A stretch of 64,000 bases of DNA from an uncultured Verrucomicrobiae bacterium (GTDB lineage: Bacteria; Verrucomicrobiota; Verrucomicrobiia; Limisphaerales; Palsa-1400). A program made the translations under genes and the position numbers. Of this stretch, positions 20,928 through 26,538 are shown piece after piece. The notes under the pieces were generated by a model that did no database searches, was not told where the DNA came from, and saw nothing but the letters and a program-made list of their open reading frames with translations. The DNA is taken from positions 1,536,001 through 1,600,000 of the forward strand of contig CAVXRD010000002.1 of NCBI GenBank assembly GCA_963764165.1, written 5' to 3'. The stretch's first letter is position 1. Every line of letters starts with the position of its first letter.

Positions 20928-21494
20928 GGCGAGGCGGAGTAAGTCGCCGTGCGACCAACCGTCGCGCTGCTGATACTTCACCGCCTGGTGCGCGAGATCG
21001 TCGGCATCACGGTAAATGTACCAGTCGCCCACGGCGTTGCGCAGACCACGGCCCCAGCCGCGCATGGCATTCACGTATTCGGCGAAGTGGAACAGGTGCG
21101 TGCCAATGCGGCAGACCTTGTTCAAGTTCGCAAACGCGTGCGCCTTCGCCTGGGCGTCACCGTGCGTGACGGCGAGCGCCAAGCCGAAGATGGCCGAATC
21201 GTTCTTGGGCGCGCGGCCGGCATCACTGATCTCAACGATGCGGTTCGCAGCGCGAACGCCATCCGCCTTGATGCAACGGATAATCGCGTCGTGGTTCTGT
21301 TTCACGAGATCGCGTTCCGCGATGTAATACGTGCCACCTTCGGCGCCGAGGATCAGGAAACGGTCAAGCCGCGTCCAGTCATCCACTTCCCAGGAAAAGC
21401 CGCCGCCGGAGTTGCGAACCTGGGTCGAACCCGGGATCGGCTGCGACTGAGGCGTAATGCGGCGGTTGAACTGACGTGCGTAATTGATAGCCAT
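20817..21494 (-). pseudogene. rsr: Ro60/TROVE-domain RNA-binding protein, 3'-truncated near 20927
   Basis: NSGGGFSW, RLDRFLILG, GTYY, GRAPK, CRIGTHLF, GWGRGLR, KYQQRDGWSHGDLLRLA, then similarity stops; GGAGG RBS. Confidence 0.88.
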
Positions 21495-21554
21495 GGTGGC
21501 CTCCTTTTGATGTGCGCGCCGCCAACTCCCGGCACGGGTATTCTATCGGTTAAG

Positions 21555-21620
21555 CTGCGGACAAGTTGGTGAACGTGGGGTGGTCATTTGCAGTGATAAC
21601 CCATGTTCTTCGGCCCGCAG
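21555..21620 (-). ncRNA. Y RNA-like (short)
   Basis: Terminal stem CUGCGGGCCGA...CUUGUCCGCAG resembling the Ro60-binding helix; directly upstream of TROVE. Confidence 0.7.
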
Positions 21621-21641
21621 AAGGTGCTTGTGCACTGCAAT

Positions 21642-21895
21642 TTATTTTATTCGCGGAAAAAAGTGGTTCCGCTCTCGGCCATCATAACGGCCTGTTTGCA
21701 TGCAGCATTTCTTGAAAGCTGCGTCCGGATCCGCAGGGACACGGGTCGTTGCGACCGAGCTTCTCGCGAAGCTCTTTGTTCGCATGCACGATTTGGAATC
21801 CTTTCTTGACTCGAGTCTCAGAGGGGAAACCTTTGCGACGTTTGCTGGTGATTTCGAAAAAAAGGCCCGTCATGTTCGTTTGATGTATTTGCCAT
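21642..21895 (-). CDS. SEC-C zinc-finger protein split across reading frames by +1 shifts
   Basis: AAGGAGG RBS before ATG at 21895; [16 protein letters not shown] in one frame, KKCC in the next. Confidence 0.7.
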
Positions 21896-22081
21896 ATTGC
21901 CTCCTTCGTTAGGTGTTGTGGTTGAACATCGCTGCATTCGGCGATGAAAGTCCAATTGGCAGGGCGCGCGGATGGTTTACCTCGACCGACGGATGAGAGT
22001 GCCTGAAAATCGTTGAGGATTTTGGCTTTAGGCGATATGCCGATCTGTGAAAATGTCGCCTCTTGTGCTAATCAGGTTGTT

Positions 22082-22729
22082 ATGAGCGGGAGCCAACTGA
22101 TGGACTGCAGAGGTTTCGACATCGCGGATGCGAGAATGCCTCCTTTTTCTATTCGGACCGGCGAAATGGTAAATCTCCTACTTCCGGAGCATTGGGATGA
22201 GACCGAGTTGGTAAAATTGCTGACCGGGGCATCTCGGCACCCGAATATTTCATTGATGTCAACTGTAACCCTTGCCAACGAGTTAACATCAATCCCGAGC
22301 CATCGCCTTTCATTTTTCGGTCGATGGCGGAAGCAAAGAACTTTTAACAGGCCACTGATGACCTATTTGCAAAGAAAGGGTCTGAAAGAAACCGAAATCA
22401 ACGAAGCGATGCGAAAAACTAAAATGGACCTCTCGCTTCCCCTCAATTGCCTGAGCGGTAACGGCCGCTTGAGGCTTTCTGTAATGGTCGCTTTAAGAAA
22501 TGCGACGCTTGTGATCTTCGCGGACGCCGCGGTGGACTATGAGGGGCAGATGGGCGTCTTTGACGATGTCATCGAGGCCTTGCCTAATCATGGAGCGATT
22601 CACTTGTGTTACCCTGCGTATCGCGGGTTCAGTTCAACGCCCATTCCCCGAGCGGAACGCATACCGCCACATGTTCAGTTTACGAATGAAATTGCAATCA
22701 CACTTGCCCCGACGACGGGGGGTGATTGA
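22082..22729 (+). CDS. Hypothetical protein, degenerate ABC-ATPase-like; opposite strand to the RNA operon
   Basis: CLSGNGRLRL and LVIFAD resemble degenerate signature/Walker B motifs. Confidence 0.45.
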   Translation: MSGSQLMDCRGFDIADARMPPFSIRTGEMVNLLLPEHWDETELVKLLTGASRHPNISLMSTVTLANELTSIPSHRLSFFGRWRKQRTFNRPLMTYLQRKGLKETEINEAMRKTKMDLSLPLNCLSGNGRLRLSVMVALRNATLVIFADAAVDYEGQMGVFDDVIEALPNHGAIHLCYPAYRGFSSTPIPRAERIPPHVQFTNEIAITLAPTTGGD

Positions 22730-22731
22730 AC

Positions 22732-22872
22732 CGACGGATAAAAAACGAACTGGGAGTTTACGTGCTCTACCGCTGAGCTACTCCGGGTGTTAGCACACGG
22801 CCAACGCCAGAGGCTGGACTCGAACCAGCGACCGCGTCCTTATCAAGGATAACCCAATCCTGCGACCCGTCG
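22732..22872 (-). ncRNA. yrlA: YrlA-type tRNA-like Y RNA
   Basis: Closing stem CGACGG/CCGUCG; T arm (GCUGGUUCGAGUCCAGC) precedes D arm (GCUCAGCGGUAGAGC), the permuted order typical of YrlA. Confidence 0.8.
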
Positions 22873-22894
22873 AAAATGTCGGCGCAAATAATCT

Positions 22895-23007
22895 GACGGA
22901 CAAGGAGCGAGTTGGGTCGTCAGCCAGTTGCCTGACTGCGCGGAAGTCGAATCCGCTCATCCTGCAGAACAGGACTTTACCAGATAACCCAATATCATCG
23001 GCCCGTC
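22895..23007 (-). ncRNA. Y RNA-like
   Basis: GACGGGCCGAUG...UUGGGUUAUC...CCAA...CUUGUCCGUC; internal T-arm-like GCGGAUUCGACUUCCGC. Confidence 0.7.
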
Positions 23008-23013
23008 GTAAAT

Positions 23014-23091
23014 TGGACACTCCCGATGGGAATCGAACCCACATTTTCCGACCTAAAGCCGGACGTTCTCTCGCAGTTGAACTACGGGGTG
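23014..23091 (-). tRNA. tRNA-like gene with anticodon TTA (ochre-suppressor-like or degenerate)
   Basis: Cloverleaf; stem TCCGG/TCGGA, loop CTTTAGG; TTCGATT T loop; encoded CCA; bulged acceptor stem. Confidence 0.7.
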
Positions 23092-23095
23092 GTCA

Positions 23096-23223
23096 GATGG
23101 GCAAGTGGCGTGATCGAACGGAGGCACTCCATGCCGGGAATCGAACCCGGACCGCCAAGGCTTTCGCCACGGACGGTACACCCTCCTTATTTGTGGAAGA
23201 TAATCGATCAACTTCGGCCCATC
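23096..23223 (-). ncRNA. Y RNA-like with internal T arm
   Basis: GAUGGGCCGAAG...AUUAUC...CUUGCCCAUC; CCGGGUUCGAUUCCCGG. Confidence 0.7.
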
Positions 23224-23227
23224 AAAA

Positions 23228-23303
23228 TGGTCAGGGCGACGGGATTCGCACCCGCACAGTCCGCGTCACAGGCGGAGATGCTCACTATTACATCACGACC
23301 CTG
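23228..23303 (-). tRNA. tRNA-His(GTG), atypical
   Basis: TCCGC-CTGTGAC-GCGGA; CCA end. Confidence 0.8.
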
Positions 23304-23307
23304 GAAA

Positions 23308-23383
23308 TGGAGCCCCTGGTCGGACTCGCACCGACGTTTACGAGTTTACGAAACTCGCCCTGTTGCTTCTGAGGCACAGGGGC
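23308..23383 (-). tRNA. tRNA-Thr(CGT), atypical
   Basis: CGAGT-TTCGTAA-ACTCG; acceptor GCCCCTG/CAGGGGC; CCA. Confidence 0.85.
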
Positions 23384-23391
23384 TGACAAAA

Positions 23392-23469
23392 TGGTGTCCG
23401 CGGCAGGACTCGCGCCTGCGACCTTCACCTTCGCAAGGTGACGCTCTGATCTAACTGAGCTACGCGGAC
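23392..23469 (-). tRNA. tRNA-Arg(GCG)
   Basis: TCACC-TTGCGAA-GGTGA; acceptor GTCCGCG/CGCGGAC; CCA. Confidence 0.85.
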
Positions 23470-23484
23470 AAATTGATTTGAAAA

Positions 23485-23595
23485 TGGCATCCGTGATCGG
23501 ACTTGCACCGAGTGCTTGCGCACGGCGACCAGTCCGGCTTGAAGGGCCAGTCGCTCGAGGGGTGGCCGTGCGCAAGCACCTTTGCATTCACGGAC
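23485..23595 (-). tRNA. tRNA-Glu(TTC) with two micro-element insertions
   Basis: CTGGC-CCTTCAA-GCCGG; acceptor GTCCGTG/CACGGAT; inserts in the D and variable regions. Confidence 0.7.
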
Positions 23596-23675
23596 GAAAT
23601 CCTCCAGGGAAGAGAACGCGACGTCGCCGCTCGCAGGCGGGCCTTAACGTTGTGCGCTCTCCTCTCTGGTAAAAA

Positions 23676-23750
23676 TGGCCCCTGAGGTCGGTATTGCGCC
23701 AACGTCTCTTCGTCTTCAGCGAAGCGCTAATCTGCCTCAGCTACTCAGGG
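23676..23750 (-). tRNA. tRNA-Phe(GAA), atypical
   Basis: CTTCG-CTGAAGA-CGAAG; acceptor CCCTGAG/CTCAGGG; CCA. Confidence 0.82.
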
Positions 23751-23789
23751 GTGCTTGCGCACGGCCACCATTGCGCACGATCAAGTTTA

Positions 23790-23864
23790 TGGTCGTCCCG
23801 CACGGTAACGCTCCGCGGTCTTCCGGTTATCAGCCGGGCGCTCTTCTTTTGAGCTACGAGAACG
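23790..23864 (-). tRNA. tRNA-Ile(GAT), atypical
   Basis: CCCGG-CTGATAA-CCGGA; D stem GCTC/GAGC; CCA. Confidence 0.8.
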
Positions 23865-24079
23865 TGAAAAGTGATGTCGTGCTCGGCCTTCGCTGAATCA
23901 CGAATCGTTGGTCAATTGAGGTTTAATGCCGAAGCGATTGACCGGCCGAAACACGAGGTTCCACTTCGCAATCGGTCGGATTCGAATGGTTCGGCGCGGC
24001 TTGTAACTTCGCCGGTAGAGAAGGTGGCTCTGGAAACGGTTAACGGGTTTCATGGTATTCCTTTCGTTGATGTTGAATT

Positions 24080-24202
24080 TGGCGGAAGGGTCTTGGCAGA
24101 CGGCCACCGGGTAACGCTCCGACCTCCGGTTTGAGCGGATTCTGTTTTCGGGACAGGCGCAGCCACGTGCTCGCGCACGGCCACAATATCTGCTTGCAGT
24201 CC
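24080..24202 (-). tRNA. tRNA-Ser(CGA), degenerate, with two micro-element insertions
   Basis: CTGT-CCCGAAA-ACAG, long variable arm; two alternative GCCA ends (24094 and 24080). Confidence 0.55.
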
Positions 24203-24248
24203 GCAAAACTGACTTTCAAACGATTTTCTGTCCATTAAGATTTCTGCG

Positions 24249-24369
24249 TGGCGAAGGGGAAGGGTCCGGCTTCCGAAAGGAAGCTTCCAGAGGCCGCGAG
24301 GCTGACCGAGCCCAGGGACTTGGGCACCGTTTGCGGAAATAGGATCAGGCGCAGACAATACCTTCGTCA
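24249..24369 (+). ncRNA. Unknown multi-stem structured element antisense to the tRNA array
   Basis: 9-bp closing stem, two GNRA-capped hairpins; all G-U wobbles work on the + strand. Confidence 0.5.
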
Positions 24370-24398
24370 TAATCGTATCGGGCAAAAAGTTATCGAAT

Positions 24399-24472
24399 TG
24401 GCTGCCAGACTTGGACTCGCACCAAGACAAGCGGCTTAACAGGCCGCCGTGCTACTTTGACACCACCTGGCA
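24399..24472 (-). tRNA. tRNA-Asn(GTT)
   Basis: GCGGC-CTGTTAA-GCCGC; G discriminator; CCA. Confidence 0.85.
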
Positions 24473-24479
24473 AATGCAG

Positions 24480-24617
24480 TGGCGCTGCCGGCAGGATTGA
24501 CTTCCCAAGTCCTGCAAGTCAGGTGCCCACATAAACATGTTCGCTATCGCGAACCGCAGTCTCACCTGCATCGTTCCGCTTAGAAGGCGGATGCCTCGTA
24601 TATTCGACCACGGCAGC
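24480..24617 (-). tRNA. tRNA-Arg(TCT) with a ~62-nt insertion in the T loop
   Basis: TCCGC-CTTCTAA-GCGGA; acceptor GCTGCCG/CGGCAGC; T stem GCAGG/CCTGC split by the insert. Confidence 0.75.
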
Positions 24618-24622
24618 AGAAA

Positions 24623-24714
24623 TGGTCGGAATGGCAGGATTTTCACCTGCTTGGCCGTCTGCAAAGACCCTCCCGGTCCCAGGCCGGGCGCTCTTAAGAC
24701 TGAGCTACATTCCG
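24623..24714 (-). tRNA. tRNA-Pro(TGG) with a micro-element in the variable loop
   Basis: CCCGG-CCTGGGA-CCGGG; acceptor CGGAATG/CATTCCG; CCA. Confidence 0.8.
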
Positions 24715-24721
24715 TGAAGAA

Positions 24722-24797
24722 TGGCGGACCTGAAGGGAGTTGCACCCTCAACCCTCCCGCAGACAACGGGGCGCTCCGCTGATTGAGCTACGAGTCC
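24722..24797 (-). tRNA. tRNA-Asp(GTC), atypical
   Basis: CCCG-TTGTCTG-CGGG; GCCA end. Confidence 0.8.
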
Positions 24798-24806
24798 GAA
24801 ATGAAA

Positions 24807-24896
24807 TGGTGGGAAACGCTGGTAATGCTCCAGTTCGTCACTTCCAGTTTTGTTTTGCGACACCCGATTTACAGTCGGGCAACTGGATCGCTTCCC
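24807..24896 (-). tRNA. tRNA-Tyr(GTA), D arm nearly absent, enlarged variable arm
   Basis: CCCGA-CTGTAAA-TCGGG; acceptor GGGAAGC/GTTTCCC; ACCA. Confidence 0.75.
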
Positions 24897-24904
24897 TTGA
24901 AAAA

Positions 24905-24982
24905 TGGTAGCGGGAGTGGGAGTCAAACCCACCTGAAGAAGTTTATGAGGCTTCTCTCTGTGCGTCGGTCGAGTTTCCCGCA
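24905..24982 (-). tRNA. tRNA with CAT anticodon (Met; unpaired 1:72 as in initiators)
   Basis: Loop CTCATAA; acceptor TGCGGGA/TCCCGCT; ACCA. Confidence 0.72.
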
Positions 24983-24993
24983 ATCAAATAAAA

Positions 24994-25068
24994 TGGTGGA
25001 GTCGGTGGGTAATGCTCCCACATAACCTTGCTTGCAGGGCAAGTGCATTGCTTGTCTGCCACGACCCC
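24994..25068 (-). tRNA. tRNA-Ala(TGC)
   Basis: CTTGC-CCTGCAA-GCAAG; G3-U70 identity pair retained. Confidence 0.85.
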
Positions 25069-25075
25069 CGAAGAT

Positions 25076-25147
25076 TGGCAGGCTGCCTCCGTGCTGCCCG
25101 GAGTGAGCTGAGTTTTGGAGACTCGGCTGCGTGCTGACGCTCAGCCT
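25076..25147 (-). tRNA. tRNA-Trp(CCA), atypical
   Basis: GAGT-CTCCAAA-ACTC; AGGCTG/CAGCCT; GCCA. Confidence 0.75.
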
Positions 25148-25156
25148 GTGAAGAAT

Positions 25157-25230
25157 TGGTGCGGCTGCCGGGAGTTGCACCCGGACAATCGGCCTGGCAG
25201 GACGACATTCTGCTGTTAAATCACAGCCGC
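25157..25230 (-). tRNA. tRNA-Gly(GCC), atypical
   Basis: Loop CTGCCAG; acceptor GCGGCTG/CAGCCGC; CCA. Confidence 0.82.
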
Positions 25231-25575
25231 GGAAAGTAAGAGAGCCAGGAGCATCATTGCGCTCCTGGCTCTTGCCATTTCAATAAAGAACAAACACCTC
25301 TTGCTAGCTTGCGCTACCAACCCGCGGTTTCACGGCGGCTGTTTCGGTGTTTAGAGGCACACCTCCTGGGAAGCCTTTAGATTGTAAAATTCTTTTTTCT
25401 AGGCCTGGCGTAGCTAGCGACGATTGATAGACATGGACCATCGGTGACCAGCTATAGCTCGTCTTCGCTATTTTAAATTTGCTGCCAGAGGACATCATCT
25501 AGATGTCACGCTTTCTATGTTCACAGACTCACTAACCTTTCGTTATTCGCTTTTCATTTCGTCGGTTACGCAGGG

Positions 25576-25610
25576 AAAACAAAAACCCTGCTTACTTTCG
25601 CAAGCAGGGT
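25576..25610 (-). terminator. Intrinsic terminator (attenuator) upstream of the tRNA array
   Basis: ACCCTGCTTGC-GAAA-GTAAGCAGGGT followed by TTTTGTTTT. Confidence 0.85.
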
Positions 25611-25634
25611 GGAGAAAAGGTCTATTTCAGTTCA

Positions 25635-25805
25635 TCACCTGCTTACAGCCAGTCTATCCGGATTGCCTTCGGTTTGTTTCCCGATCGAGGCCAAGGATAG
25701 TCCAAGGCTAAACACATAGCCCTGGTTGCACCGGCTATGACGTGTCGCCTTCGCGACTCGCATTGTCGGCCAATTCGTGGCTGATATGTTTAAGCAAGTT
25801 TTCAT
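25635..25805 (-). CDS. Putative 56-aa attenuator leader peptide
   Basis: MKTCLNISATNWPTMRVAKATRHSRCNQGYVFSLGLSLASIGKQTEGNPDRLAVSR; last codons overlap an antiterminator strand. Confidence 0.65.
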   Translation of the reverse strand: MKTCLNISATNWPTMRVAKATRHSRCNQGYVFSLGLSLASIGKQTEGNPDRLAVSR

Positions 25806-25932
25806 TGAACGTGTAAGACATGTAGCATAGCTCCTAGGTTACACGCAAGTAGTTTTTTAAAGTATTTTCTAGCAATGTCAGATTGAAGTATCCGGATTGA
25901 TTGATGGAATAGGGGCTTTGCTCGCAAAAAAG

Positions 25933-26538
25933 CTAGACCCGCAGATCAAAGGTGATGCCAGTCGGCCCAGCATTGATGACCGTTGTTGCGCCGAGCTGGG
26001 CGCGTTGGCCGGCGCTGGCATGGATATGCCCGCAAACCACTAAGGGCGGCTCCAAGCGCAAAATTGCATCGCGGACTGCCGTGCTGCCGAGGCTCCGACC
26101 CGACGAATCTTCGTCAACAAAGCGTTTCGGCGGCGAATGCGAAACCAGGACGGCCTTGGCCGGACAGGCGGAAAGCAATCGTTCTGCATCTTGCTCCGAA
26201 AAATCCCAACTCCAGCTCCCAAAAGGCGTCACCGGCACTCCGCCACCGAGGCCGAAAAACGTCACGCCATCGATCTCCACGCTCGTCGCCTGCAAAACGT
26301 GCGCGCTCTTCCAGTTCTTACAGGCGGCAACCAACTCTTCGTAAGATTCATTATTGCCCGCGACCAGGACCGCGGGGATGGGAATGTTGGCGAGAACATC
26401 AATGCAGCTCGAAACGTCTCGTCGCACGCTCGCAAAATCGCCAGCGCCAACAACGACATCGGCCCCGCGCGCCAGTTCGACAATCCGGGCCGCAGCCGCT
26501 CTGTCTCGGTGTAGATCGCTGAATAAAAACAGTTTCAT
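25933..26538 (-). CDS. Icc-like metallophosphoesterase
   Basis: FSDLH, GAGDF, AGNNE, VSHSPP, CGHIH, INAG. Confidence 0.88.
   Translation of the reverse strand: MKLFLFSDLHRDRAAAARIVELARGADVVVGAGDFASVRRDVSSCIDVLANIPIPAVLVAGNNESYEELVAACKNWKSAHVLQATSVEIDGVTFFGLGGGVPVTPFGSWSWDFSEQDAERLLSACPAKAVLVSHSPPKRFVDEDSSGRSLGSTAVRDAILRLEPPLVVCGHIHASAGQRAQLGATTVINAGPTGITFDLRV

Noticed and set aside
23530..23552. Selenocysteine/opal TCA anticodon in the tRNA at 23485-23595
   Set aside because: The only good 5-bp stem centres the loop on TTC (Glu).
24249..24369. 5S rRNA-like gene on the minus strand (CCTGATCCTATTTCCG resembles loop C; about 120 nt)
   Set aside because: The motif is misplaced, other 5S helices do not fit, and wobble pairs and GNRA loops favour the + strand.
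22790..25208. Short ORFs listed across the tRNA array
   Set aside because: They overlap tRNA/Y RNA genes and lack protein motifs; only a ~51-codon basic ORF ending at 23898 lies in a gap, and it is unsupported.
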